NCBI GenBank assembly: GCA_038243585.1
Contig: JBBSQY010000012.1
Location: forward strand, 1-64,000
Reading direction: 5' to 3'
From: Candidatus Sumerlaeales bacterium
Lineage (GTDB): Bacteria; Sumerlaeota; Sumerlaeia; Sumerlaeales; Sumerlaeaceae
DNA: 64,000 nucleotides
Numbering within the stretch: the first letter of the stretch is position 1; every line of letters starts with the position of its first letter. The position numbers and the translations under genes are program-made. The notes beneath the pieces are model-generated. The model ran no database searches. It worked only from the letters and a program-made list of their open reading frames with translations, and was not told the DNA's origin. This document shows positions 49,923-59,694 of this stretch, one piece after another.

Positions 49923-50524
49923 GTATGGAGCCGAATCAAAGAGACCCGGGATTTGCACGGTTCGCCTTTACGGTTATCACAATTGCCTTGGTGGTTGTGA
50001 CGCTGGGGCTTACGGGCATCTATTATGTATTCCAGGCAGGCGGCCCCGGCGGCGCGAAACGGTCGCTCAATATTTTGCGTGACAGAAACGCTCTTCCTCC
50101 AAATCAGGCCATGCTATACTATACCAAGGATGGCAAGCAACTGGTGGGAACCCCAGTGACCCTCGGTGATCTTGGAATGAACCACAGCGAAAAAGCCCGC
50201 CGAATTGTGGTGGCTTTGCTGGAAGGTGAGCGCAATGTGGGAATGAAGTCAGCGGTGCCCGAAGGCACAAGCCTGAAGAACGTCTTTGTGAACGATGAAG
50301 AAGTCGTGGTAAACCTTTCATCGCACATGATTTCAAATCTGCACGGAGGAATTGACGCGGAACTGCTGGCCGTGTATGCCGTGGTCAACAGTCTTCTGTT
50401 TAATCTCGAAGGCATTGACGCGGTGCAGATTCTTGTGGAAGATGAAAAGCTGCCCACGCTTGGTGGAAACATAGACATCAGTATTCCGCTGATTGCCAAC
50501 GCTGCCATTACGCGCACCGGGTAA
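49919..50524 (+). CDS. GerMN domain protein
   Basis: TM anchor; SAVPEGT.L..V, VVNLS, ELLAVYAVVNSL and VQILVE...TLGG; ATGA-coupled to the amidase-like gene. Confidence 0.9.
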   Translation: MSMEPNQRDPGFARFAFTVITIALVVVTLGLTGIYYVFQAGGPGGAKRSLNILRDRNALPPNQAMLYYTKDGKQLVGTPVTLGDLGMNHSEKARRIVVALLEGERNVGMKSAVPEGTSLKNVFVNDEEVVVNLSSHMISNLHGGIDAELLAVYAVVNSLLFNLEGIDAVQILVEDEKLPTLGGNIDISIPLIANAAITRTG

Positions 50525-50668
50525 TTCTAGCAAAGAGCCTCGCCTGCGTCAGTGGATGCGATGCCAGGACAGGCACTTAACAAACTTTTCGCTGATCGCC
50601 CGCCGAACAAAGCCGGAGCGCTTTTCCTTCTTTTGAATTCTCCGTGTAAACGCGGGTTTAGCTTTTTA

Positions 50669-51712
50669 ATGGAACCCGACAATAATCAACCCGGTCAAAC
50701 TGACCCGCTGCCTGACGGCCAGCACGTAGACAGCCTCTCAAACTCCGCAGTTGCCGGCCCGGCCGGCGAAGAATTTCGTTCTGGATTTGTTGCCATTCTT
50801 GGCAAGCCGAACGCTGGAAAGTCTACCTTGATGAACGCCATTGTTGGCGAAAAGGTAGCCATAACCTCCGACAAACCACAGACCACCCGCGACAGGATCG
50901 CCGGAATTTTTACAACAACGCGGTTCCAGATGATTTTCCTGGATACGCCGGGCGTTCTGGTGCCGCAGGATCGCTTTAATGAGGCGCTGGTTCACCGCGC
51001 CGCTGACGCCCTTCAGGGCGTGGATGTTATCTACCATCTGATCGACGCCTCTGATCGGGAACCGCCTAACGAACGGATCGCCCAGATACTTAACAAAGTT
51101 CCTAAATCGACGATCCGTTTCCTGGTCATCAATAAAATCGATAAAAAATTTCCGGGCGGTTCGGATGGAAAACCGTTTGTGCCGCCGGGCGTGAACACTG
51201 CGGATTACGATCAGATGTTTATGATCTCCGCCCTAAAAAAACACGCGCTGGATATTCTGATTGAGAGTACCTATCGCCAGCTAAAGCCCGGTCCTCTCTT
51301 TTATGACGCTGAACAGGTTTCAGATAAAGACATGAGATTTCTCGTGGCGGAGATCGTGCGGGAAAAAGTATTCCGCCGCACCGGAGCTGAAATTCCTTAT
51401 TCTGTTTATACGGAGACGGAAGAGTTCGTGGAGCGGACGGGAAAAGATTTCATCCGCGTGATGATTTATACCGAACGCGACAGCCAGAAAGGTATCATTA
51501 TTGGCGACGGCGGACGGGTGCTTAAGGATATCGGGACTGACGCCCGACGCGCCATTGAAACTCTGACGGGGAAGCCATGCTTTCTGGAACTCTGGGTGAA
51601 GGTGCGCAAAGACTGGCGCAAGAAGGAATTCGATCTCAATCACTTTGGCTTCAAGCTGCCAAAATCACGGAAGCCTTCCAAACCCAAAAAAGGGAACCCT
51701 CCCATCACATGA
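50669..51712 (+). CDS. era: GTPase Era
   Basis: FRSGFVAILGKPNAGKSTL, KPQTTR, DTPG, NKID and KH-domain SQKGIIIG; ATG 50669. Confidence 0.97.
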   Translation: MEPDNNQPGQTDPLPDGQHVDSLSNSAVAGPAGEEFRSGFVAILGKPNAGKSTLMNAIVGEKVAITSDKPQTTRDRIAGIFTTTRFQMIFLDTPGVLVPQDRFNEALVHRAADALQGVDVIYHLIDASDREPPNERIAQILNKVPKSTIRFLVINKIDKKFPGGSDGKPFVPPGVNTADYDQMFMISALKKHALDILIESTYRQLKPGPLFYDAEQVSDKDMRFLVAEIVREKVFRRTGAEIPYSVYTETEEFVERTGKDFIRVMIYTERDSQKGIIIGDGGRVLKDIGTDARRAIETLTGKPCFLELWVKVRKDWRKKEFDLNHFGFKLPKSRKPSKPKKGNPPIT

Positions 51713-53061
51713 ACGGTTGCAACTTTTCAGGCTTTTTCGTATCAATGCAGGTGTGTCGACAAGCCGCTACAACACTCTGCCTTGCTCTTGCGACAGCTTT
51801 TTCTCCAGCCCCGGCAACCGCTCAGCAGCCGACAACCACCACACAGGTGGCTGATACTCAAGATACGTCTACGGATTTTTTGAGTGATGACGGATGGCGC
51901 TCCCTTTCCCGGGAGCAGCGCCACGAGCGTTCGCGGCGCGCCATGATTGCCCGTTATATTCCTGACGGCAGTGCCCCAAAGGTTGAAGACCTTGACCGCT
52001 ATGTGGAAAAATTTGGCGCTTTTACTGTTTACGATCCCCGCTATTATCTGTATAAAGTAACTGCGTCCCATGTGCCCGGCACCACCGGTTCTGTGGTACT
52101 CAGTGGTGAAAGTTATCCGCATCATTACGGCGCCGGAGTGCAAGATGCGCTGGAATCGCTGGGCTTCAATGTCACAGAAAACAAGGTGACAGCGCTGCCG
52201 AACCTGGCCGCCGGCCAGGCGCCTTACGGCATATCTACGACGAGTGCAGCCACCTTGCGGCGCGAACCCCGTGCCCGGGCCGAACAACTTAACAGTATCG
52301 CTCTTGGCGGTTGGATCCGCGTGTTACGTTCTGCCAATGATACAGACCTCTCCGCAGGAACAACGAGTTTCCGGCGTGGTCCGGGCGCTGACAAGCTTGA
52401 GAATGATATTCCCGGCGACTGGGTTCTTGCTCAAACTATGGAAGGTTATTTAGGATTTGCGCGCAAAGCGGACTTTGAAATGCGCGAGGACTACCAGCTT
52501 CCAGACGGAATTTTGACACTGCCACTGGCCGCGTCTGATGCCGCCACGACTTTGCCGGCGGGTGTATTTGTTTATGGCGATCCTCAAGCCGGATGGCGTT
52601 TATTTTCCGGGGAAAAACTTCCGGCCACGGCCAGGGTGTCTGATCTACGGTCCAATTTTACCGCCGAGCAGATTGAAGCGCTGATGAAACCGTTTATGGA
52701 AACCCGCTATGTATGGGGCGGCGTGACGGACGAAGGAATTGATTGCAGCGGCTTTTCTCAGTTTTTTATGCGGACTGCCGGAGTGATGATTCCGCGCGAC
52801 GCGGTCCAGCAGGCTACGGGCGGGCATATCGTGGCATGGGGCCAGGATGTTTTAAAAAAGGCGAAGCCGGGGGACCTGATTTTCTTTGCCACCGATTCCG
52901 GGCGAATCAACCATGTTGCCGTCAGCCTGGGGAATGAACGTATTATACATTCCGCCGGCAAGGGTGTCCATTTGACGCGGCTGGATGAGCCTAAAGATTC
53001 TGACTCAGATGAAGCGTATGGCGGACGGGTGTTGTTTGCCAGGCGAATGGCGGCGCGGTAG
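51709..53061 (+). CDS. Secreted NlpC/P60 (C40) peptidase with an SH3-like domain
   Basis: YVWGG....GIDCSGF, IPRDA.QQ, PGDLIFF, HVAV and IIHS; ATGA overlap with era. Confidence 0.9.
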   Translation: MNGCNFSGFFVSMQVCRQAATTLCLALATAFSPAPATAQQPTTTTQVADTQDTSTDFLSDDGWRSLSREQRHERSRRAMIARYIPDGSAPKVEDLDRYVEKFGAFTVYDPRYYLYKVTASHVPGTTGSVVLSGESYPHHYGAGVQDALESLGFNVTENKVTALPNLAAGQAPYGISTTSAATLRREPRARAEQLNSIALGGWIRVLRSANDTDLSAGTTSFRRGPGADKLENDIPGDWVLAQTMEGYLGFARKADFEMREDYQLPDGILTLPLAASDAATTLPAGVFVYGDPQAGWRLFSGEKLPATARVSDLRSNFTAEQIEALMKPFMETRYVWGGVTDEGIDCSGFSQFFMRTAGVMIPRDAVQQATGGHIVAWGQDVLKKAKPGDLIFFATDSGRINHVAVSLGNERIIHSAGKGVHLTRLDEPKDSDSDEAYGGRVLFARRMAAR

Positions 53062-53158
53062 GCGCGGAGTAAAGCATTTGACGCAAAGTCGCAAAGGACG
53101 CTAAGGAAAAGCTGAAGCAAGAGGAGTATCAGGAAATTAGCTGAGCTGATGTAAATCT

Positions 53159-55867
53159 TCAGTCCCTGTCCATGCTGCCCCGTGTCACGCCCAGTTTGCT
53201 TACTGCCTTTAGTTCTTTCCAGACCTGGCGGCCATCTTTTTCGCCTCTAATGGCGGGCAGGTAGGCGGTTATGGCTTTTGCAGTTTCGTCTGCTGTTTGC
53301 GCTATCAGTTCTATGCGGTATCGCCGGACGCCAGCGCCCAGCAGGCGATCCAGATATGCGCTGCCGCTTTGCGGAATGGCATTATAGACGGTGTTGCGGC
53401 ACCCGGCGTCGGCCTTTACCGGGTGGTGGTACCCCAAGCGATCGCGTAATTCTATTTCATGACTTTCGCAGGGCCTGCCACAATTGGTAAAGTCTGTACC
53501 TTCGCTTAAAAACCGGCAAAACACGCAGTGCTCCATGTGAAACATGGGCAATTGCTGATGGATTGTTACTTCGAACCATTCCGGATGGGAGTGGCCGAGC
53601 AAATCGCAGAGCTGATCAATGTTGAGATCATAGCTGGGCGTGAGGCGGGCGAAGCCGTTTTCCATAAGGAGGGCAGCGGTTAGATCATTGGATACGTTGA
53701 GGCTGTAATCCGCAAGCAATGGCAGGTTTGGCGTGGTGCGCAGAATCTCCCATGCGGCCAGGCTACGGACAAGCACGGCGTCGGGCTGGGATTCCATGAG
53801 TTTTCGCACAAAGGGGGCTTCGCCCGGCTTTATGACACGAAGGGTCGCGGGGATGAATCGCTTCTGGCCGGGCGAAATGAGGGCGCGGGCTTCGCGGTGG
53901 AGGCGGATGTCCTCGAAGTCTGTATAGATGGTGTCGACGCCGGGGTGATCTATGGATGCGCGGACCTGGTCGAGGGTGCGGCAGAGGACGGAGAGGGATG
54001 CAGTGGCGGGGGTGGTTGCGGCGGAAGAAACCATCGGTTCAGTTGGTGTAGATTTGGAACCTGAGGTGACCTGATTGATCCTGGCGCTAATTTCGTCCCG
54101 GATTCGCACGTCCGACAGCGTGGGAACTGGCTCGCTGGACGCCGGGGCTCCGAGGGAGAGATTTTCAGGGCGGGTCCCGGTTCGGCGGTTGGTATTTCTT
54201 TCGGCGAGGGTTTGTAACAGCGCATCCACGGCCGTGCGGCGGAGCGCGTTCAAGCGACTCATGGGGACCATCAGGTCTCCCTGGAGATCGGCATCTATTT
54301 TTTCAAGGAAGAAAGGGGTGCCGCCGAGGCGGCCTATCTGATCTCGCAGGACTTGTTCAGTAAGCGGACGTGCCATAGCATATTCCGCTTGCTCGACATC
54401 TTCGACGAAAACGGATTCTCCCTGGGCGTGGGTGAGAGTCAAACGCAGGGGCGCCCCAACCCGGCCCTGAACATGGGCATGGACCGGACGTCGAAAACGG
54501 GGGGCCTCTCCGGCAAAGGTTTCCGCGAGGCGCTTATCGAGGGCGGGGTCGCTTGTTTTCCAGACCCGATCGCCCGGGTTAATGCGGGAAAAATTTAAAG
54601 CACCGCGCCCAAAGCGGAGAATGGCATCCAGGGGACTATCTGGAGAGGTAATATTTGCCGTCTCAGAATTGGCTCGCCGAGGCGCCCGGGAAGAACTCTC
54701 GTGTTCTTCTATCTCGTAAACCCGCCCACCTTGCTCATCGCCGTCGGGGCGTCCGGCGTCAAAGACCACGCCATCGCCCGGTTTCAGAGGAGCGACCAGA
54801 CGCATGGCGACACTATCACGAGAAACGTCCAGAACTTCGCCCAGGTAAAGACCGCGCTTCTTGGGGAATCGCCCCTCTACCACAGCCTGGTGATCTGTCG
54901 CGTGGAGGTATCCGCCGGTAAATCCCCGGCTGAAGGTCATCTCAAGCATCTCGCGGGTGTCCATGTCCATGACCGGATCGATGACCTCCCCGGCGGCACC
55001 CATCACTTCATCCACGGCCTTGCGGTAAGCCTGCACCGTCGCCGCAACGTACTCCGGGCTTTTAAGCCGTCCTTCGATTTTAAGGCTGACTATGCCGGCG
55101 CGGATAAGGGCACCGATATCTTCGTAGCCGGCGAGGTCTTTTGGCGACAATAGATAGCGCACATCGCCCAGATCCTGCTTTTGGTCATCGACGATCAAAT
55201 CATAAGGAAGGCGGCATGCCTGGGCACACTCGCCCCGGTTGGCACTGCGCCCGCCGAGGGCTTCGCTGGTGAGGCACTGACCGCTGTACGCCACGCAGAT
55301 GGCCCCATGGACAAAAACCTCGATCTCTTTATCTGTGCCCCGGCGCATCGTGCGAAGTTCTTTCAGGCTGGTCTCTCGGGCGGCTACTACACGTTCCAGA
55401 CGCAGCCCAAGGGCTTCGGCTCCGAGAATGGATTCGGCAGCGGTAAGGGTCATTTGCGTGCTGGCGTGGACAGGAAGGTCTGGGGCAATCTGCGCGCATA
55501 AATGCGCCAGCCCAAGATCCTGGACGAGCACTGCGTCTACCCCGGCGCGGCTGCAGGCCATGACCACCTGCGCGATAGCAGGCAGTTCCGATGCAAAAAC
55601 CAGCGTGTTCAAGGTCACATAACCACGCACGCCTCGAGTGTGCAGCCAGGCCATGATCTCCGGCAATTCAGCGAGGGAGAAGTTTGCGGCGCGTATGCGG
55701 GCGTTGAATTCCTGCAGGCCAAAATATACGGCATCCGCTCCGTTTTCGATGGCAGCGCGCATCATTTCGCGGTTTCCAGCAGGGGCGAGGATTTCCGGGC
55801 GGGAAGCGGCTGGCAAAGGCTGATTTTCGGGAGATTGTTCCCGGGCAATTTCAAGGATATGGTTCAC
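53159..55867 (-). CDS. U32 family protein with DUF3656 (RlhA-like RNA hydroxylation protein)
   Basis: PEILAPAG, HASTQMT, HGAICVAYSGQC.TS..GGRSANRGECAQACR and LKIEGRLK; long C-terminal region with MEHCVFC. Confidence 0.92.
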   Translation of the reverse strand: MNHILEIAREQSPENQPLPAASRPEILAPAGNREMMRAAIENGADAVYFGLQEFNARIRAANFSLAELPEIMAWLHTRGVRGYVTLNTLVFASELPAIAQVVMACSRAGVDAVLVQDLGLAHLCAQIAPDLPVHASTQMTLTAAESILGAEALGLRLERVVAARETSLKELRTMRRGTDKEIEVFVHGAICVAYSGQCLTSEALGGRSANRGECAQACRLPYDLIVDDQKQDLGDVRYLLSPKDLAGYEDIGALIRAGIVSLKIEGRLKSPEYVAATVQAYRKAVDEVMGAAGEVIDPVMDMDTREMLEMTFSRGFTGGYLHATDHQAVVEGRFPKKRGLYLGEVLDVSRDSVAMRLVAPLKPGDGVVFDAGRPDGDEQGGRVYEIEEHESSSRAPRRANSETANITSPDSPLDAILRFGRGALNFSRINPGDRVWKTSDPALDKRLAETFAGEAPRFRRPVHAHVQGRVGAPLRLTLTHAQGESVFVEDVEQAEYAMARPLTEQVLRDQIGRLGGTPFFLEKIDADLQGDLMVPMSRLNALRRTAVDALLQTLAERNTNRRTGTRPENLSLGAPASSEPVPTLSDVRIRDEISARINQVTSGSKSTPTEPMVSSAATTPATASLSVLCRTLDQVRASIDHPGVDTIYTDFEDIRLHREARALISPGQKRFIPATLRVIKPGEAPFVRKLMESQPDAVLVRSLAAWEILRTTPNLPLLADYSLNVSNDLTAALLMENGFARLTPSYDLNIDQLCDLLGHSHPEWFEVTIHQQLPMFHMEHCVFCRFLSEGTDFTNCGRPCESHEIELRDRLGYHHPVKADAGCRNTVYNAIPQSGSAYLDRLLGAGVRRYRIELIAQTADETAKAITAYLPAIRGEKDGRQVWKELKAVSKLGVTRGSMDRD

Positions 55868-56007
55868 AGGAAAAGGGACAGCGGGCGCGGGGAAGCATTC
55901 GGATTGGTTGGAGGTGTCTTTTACTGATGCGCGTTGATTAACCTTCGACGGAAACTATTTACGTAAATACGACTCTAACCGGTAGCACGGGCACTTTGCT
56001 ATTTTTC

Positions 56008-56036
56008 TTGACGCGTGTATACGCGTTTATCATATT
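56008..56036 (+). promoter_or_regulatory. Candidate sigma70 promoter with overlapping palindrome
   Basis: TTGACG-17 bp-CATATT; acgcgtgtatacgcgt (56011-56026) is a near-perfect palindrome. Confidence 0.5.
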
Positions 56037-56092
56037 CGACATTATGCGAGCTAAGTACCGCCCGTGATCATTTGCAGCAAAAAAGGGAGACC

Positions 56093-57676
56093 ATGTTTAA
56101 AGGCAAATCACACTTATTTTTTACTGTCGCAGCATTGGCATCAATGACAGGAGCTTCATCGGTTTCAAATGCAACCGTGTTTACAGTTGACGGCACACCG
56201 TCTACTTACGTTACGCTTTCAGCGGCAGTAGCGGCGGCGCAAGCTGCGCCAGGCGGACCACACATAATCAACATAACGGCGGATTCGCTGCCTACACCAG
56301 ATGGCGAAATAGTTATCACGCAGCCAATCACCATTAACGGCAACGCTGACGGAGATGTTACCGGACCGGAAACAAAATGCGACATTCTGGTGGATATGGC
56401 GGCTATTAAGCTAGTTGGCACCAGCGCCGGCCAGGCGGAAAAGTGTTACATTGAAATCCAGACTGTCGGCGATGTTGTCATCAATGATCTCAGAATTCAT
56501 CCCAATGCGGATGGTGGGACTGTTGCTGCGGAACAAGTCGATGGCGTGCGGATGTATCGTCCGGACGGCGGCACGGGAAACTATACGCTGAATCGTGTGT
56601 GGATTTCAGGCAGCGACGCAAATAACGCTTACGTGCCTCTCGACACCAGCGCTGACCTCTACAATTCAGGCGCAAAGCGCTGGGGCGGCGGCAGCAGCGC
56701 CTCCCGCGCGGTTGTTCAGCTGACGAGAGCGCCGGATACGGCGACCGGCAATTATAATGCGACACTTAATAGTTGCCATGTGGGCCTCGGGCAATCCGCG
56801 GCTATCAACATTCCAAACGACGATGCCAACATAGCTATAAACTCCGGAGTATATGGCCATTCCGCCCGAGACGGCATTCGGGTATCCGCTACTGGCGGGG
56901 ATATAACGCTGAAAGGAACGGCGACGGATCGGCTGCGAGTGGTTCGCTCTCCAGGAATCAGTGGGGGCAATTCCCATGGGGTAGAAGTTGCCGGAGGAAG
57001 CGTCTCACTTATAGAATATGTGGATATCGCCACGATTCAAACAGGTAATAATTTAAGTCTGACAGGGAGTACTAATGTCCAAATGGCACGGTTTGTTCGA
57101 GCTATGGGAAAAATCGCTGATACCGCGCCATCAACAAATCATCTTATTTTTATGGGTGCCGCCGCTTCAATGACAGCTGAGGATATTACGGTGCATGCAA
57201 ACGGTACAGTTGGAACGGATATCAATCCGTTTCAGGGGACGGCGAATTCGGATGGAACGATCTCGTTCACAGACTCTATTTTCACAAGCGCCAATCTGGG
57301 CACCGTTGATTATCAAAATAGCGACGCGGTCGGCACATTGTCTTTTACCAACAGTGCTCTGCCTACAGATGGGGCTGTCGGTGAATCTCTTGCAACTCCG
57401 CCGATTATCGGAGCAGCCGCGGCAGCGGTTACACTGACCCCCAACCCGCAGCTTGCTGTAAGCCCTAACTACCTGCTCACTCTCGCAAACTACGACTGGA
57501 GCGAAGCACAGGGGTCTCTTGATCCGCTAAATGGCCCAGGCAACCGTAATGTGTATCGTCCGAATCCCACGAATATACCTTATGCTACAGCGGCTTCAGG
57601 CGGCGAGGCACTAACGGGTGGAGCTGGCCCTCTTCCAGCCGGTATCGATGCATCTGAGTGGATGTTAATGCAGTAG
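56093..57676 (+). CDS. Secreted probable right-handed beta-helix protein, paralog 1
   Basis: GGGAG SD, ATG 56093, signal peptide, TLSAAV...IINI cap and beta-strand-rich G/N/D repeats; ends AGIDASEWMLMQ. Confidence 0.75.
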   Translation: MFKGKSHLFFTVAALASMTGASSVSNATVFTVDGTPSTYVTLSAAVAAAQAAPGGPHIINITADSLPTPDGEIVITQPITINGNADGDVTGPETKCDILVDMAAIKLVGTSAGQAEKCYIEIQTVGDVVINDLRIHPNADGGTVAAEQVDGVRMYRPDGGTGNYTLNRVWISGSDANNAYVPLDTSADLYNSGAKRWGGGSSASRAVVQLTRAPDTATGNYNATLNSCHVGLGQSAAINIPNDDANIAINSGVYGHSARDGIRVSATGGDITLKGTATDRLRVVRSPGISGGNSHGVEVAGGSVSLIEYVDIATIQTGNNLSLTGSTNVQMARFVRAMGKIADTAPSTNHLIFMGAAASMTAEDITVHANGTVGTDINPFQGTANSDGTISFTDSIFTSANLGTVDYQNSDAVGTLSFTNSALPTDGAVGESLATPPIIGAAAAAVTLTPNPQLAVSPNYLLTLANYDWSEAQGSLDPLNGPGNRNVYRPNPTNIPYATAASGGEALTGGAGPLPAGIDASEWMLMQ

Positions 57677-57697
57677 AATTATTGATGTAATTGTCAG

Positions 57698-57737
57698 GCA
57701 GGTGCGGTTTCCTTTAATAGAAGGAAGCCGCGCCGGC
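57698..57737 (+). terminator. Intergenic hairpin (terminator or mRNA-stability element)
   Basis: ggtgcggtttcctt taatag aaggaagccgcgcc; no strong U-tract. Confidence 0.45.
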
Positions 57738-57823
57738 AACAGTTTAGCCGGTCAAACTGGTATTAAGTTTCCCTTTAACAAATTCTTAAATATAAATCCC
57801 ATTAAAGAAATGAAAGAGCCCCA

Positions 57824-59389
57824 ATGTCAGGTTTCAAACTCCAAAATATTTTAAACACAGGTCTGGTGATGGGCTTTGCGGCGCTTGCCGCCTCGGCTGA
57901 CGCTATGACGTTGAACATCAATGACGGAAGCACGTATACGCTTTCCGCGGCAGTGGCCGAAGTTTATGCGGCGGCAGATGGCCCAGACGTCATTAATCTT
58001 AACGTCGCTGCCCTCCTGACCCCCGACGGTCAGATTGTGCTGGACAAGCCGATCACGATTAACGGCAACGCAAATAGCCGTCCCGCACCAGATTCCCACT
58101 GCGATATTCTTGCCGATCAGGGATCAATACAGCAGGAGACTACAGCTGACGCAGGCCAACTTGGTAAGGCTTACCTGGAAATCAGCGCTCCGGGCACAGT
58201 AACTATCAACAATTTGAAGATTCATCCGAGTGCGAACGGTAAATTTGGCGCAGCTGCGAAAGTTGCCACGATTGTTGCGGGAATCCGTATGTGGAATCCA
58301 GTCGGAGCTACAGATGTGGGAAACTACAATCTGACCAATGTGCTTGTATCCGGTAGTGAAGCCAATAGCGGCAACGCGTTTATCCCTTTGGATTCAGGGG
58401 CCGACCTGTATAACGGAAGCAACAAAAAATGGGGCGGTTTTAATGGCGCTCAGCATGTTAATGTCGTGCTTTACGGCACCATTCAAGCTGACAATGGTAC
58501 CGGCGCAGGAATTTTCAATATTGTACTGGATCATTGTAACGCGGGCATCGGATTTGGCGGCGCAGTTAACATAAATTCCACTGGCGGCACAACTTTAATA
58601 AAAGGTGGAATCTATGGCCATAGTGGCCGGGACGGCATTCGCGTTGCGAGCACCAGCGTAACACTCCAGGGTACTCACGACGATCGTCTGCGCGTTGTTC
58701 GCAGCACGAACATCACCGCTGGGAATTCGCACGGCGTGGAAATCGCCGGTGAGGTTACGTTGATGGAGTATGTAGACAGCGCGAGTGTTCAGACCGCAAA
58801 CGCGTTTAGTATCCAGGGAGGCACAAAACTTGACGTGATGCGTTTTTGTCGCGCATTGGGCAAGTTCGACGCCGGGGCCAATGAGGCGTTCTATGTCTCA
58901 GGAACCGATACAACTATTGGTGTCGTTGAAGATAGCACGTTTGTCGGGAGCGGCAGCAACTTTAATCCTATGAACGTCCCCGCCGGTGTCGCTGATCCAT
59001 TCACGCTGACTAATAGTATTTTTACCAGTGAGAATAATGGTACCGTCATCATCGCATCGCCTGCGGCCATTGAATTTGTAAATTGTGCCCTGCCTACGGA
59101 CGGGTTTGTTGCTGAGTCGCTAGCGAATCCGCCTTTTACCGGCGCGGGCACTCCAACTGCGGCCCCTGTGATTTCTCTCAGCCCAAACTACATGCTTAGA
59201 CTTGCCGATTATGATTGGAGCGAGGCTCAGGGTGCGGGTAAGCCAGGCAATGCCGTTGGAAACGCCAATGTGCTGCGTCCGTCTAATCCTGCGTACCAGA
59301 CGGCTTCATCCACCAGTGGCCCTCTTAACGGCGGCGCGGGTGCGCCTGCGGCAGGCATTGATCCATCTGAATGGATGTTGATGCAGTAA
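57824..59389 (+). CDS. Secreted probable beta-helix protein, paralog 2
   Basis: Colinear similarity to paralog 1 (CDIL.D, GxYGHS.RDGIRV, DRLRVVRS, GNSHGVE, SPNY.L.LA.YDWSEAQG); ends AGIDPSEWMLMQ. Confidence 0.78.
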   Translation: MSGFKLQNILNTGLVMGFAALAASADAMTLNINDGSTYTLSAAVAEVYAAADGPDVINLNVAALLTPDGQIVLDKPITINGNANSRPAPDSHCDILADQGSIQQETTADAGQLGKAYLEISAPGTVTINNLKIHPSANGKFGAAAKVATIVAGIRMWNPVGATDVGNYNLTNVLVSGSEANSGNAFIPLDSGADLYNGSNKKWGGFNGAQHVNVVLYGTIQADNGTGAGIFNIVLDHCNAGIGFGGAVNINSTGGTTLIKGGIYGHSGRDGIRVASTSVTLQGTHDDRLRVVRSTNITAGNSHGVEIAGEVTLMEYVDSASVQTANAFSIQGGTKLDVMRFCRALGKFDAGANEAFYVSGTDTTIGVVEDSTFVGSGSNFNPMNVPAGVADPFTLTNSIFTSENNGTVIIASPAAIEFVNCALPTDGFVAESLANPPFTGAGTPTAAPVISLSPNYMLRLADYDWSEAQGAGKPGNAVGNANVLRPSNPAYQTASSTSGPLNGGAGAPAAGIDPSEWMLMQ

Positions 59390-59414
59390 CCAGTACGCTC
59401 GAATTGTTATAATT

Positions 59415-59449
59415 AAAAAGCCGGCCCTTACTCGGGCCGGCTTTTTTTT
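59415..59449 (+). terminator. Intrinsic terminator
   Basis: aaaaagccggccc ttactc gggccggc tttttttt. Confidence 0.92.
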
Positions 59450-59694
59450 GCTCCAGATAATCTACAGGTGCACCTTTTAGCCGCATATTCCTATGAAAAA
59501 AAGCAACAAATACCGCAGATTCTTTCGTTGGTGAATGTTTCGTAAATTAACATTACTCAGCTTGTCACGGAATTTGCCTGCAATTGTCCCGGTAAGCAAC
59601 CTCATCTATTTCTTCCGCATTGAGAGTATCCGTGGCTTTCTTCTTCTCCTGGGATTTTAATAATTCCGTCGTCGACTCCAGGCATTTTCGCCTG

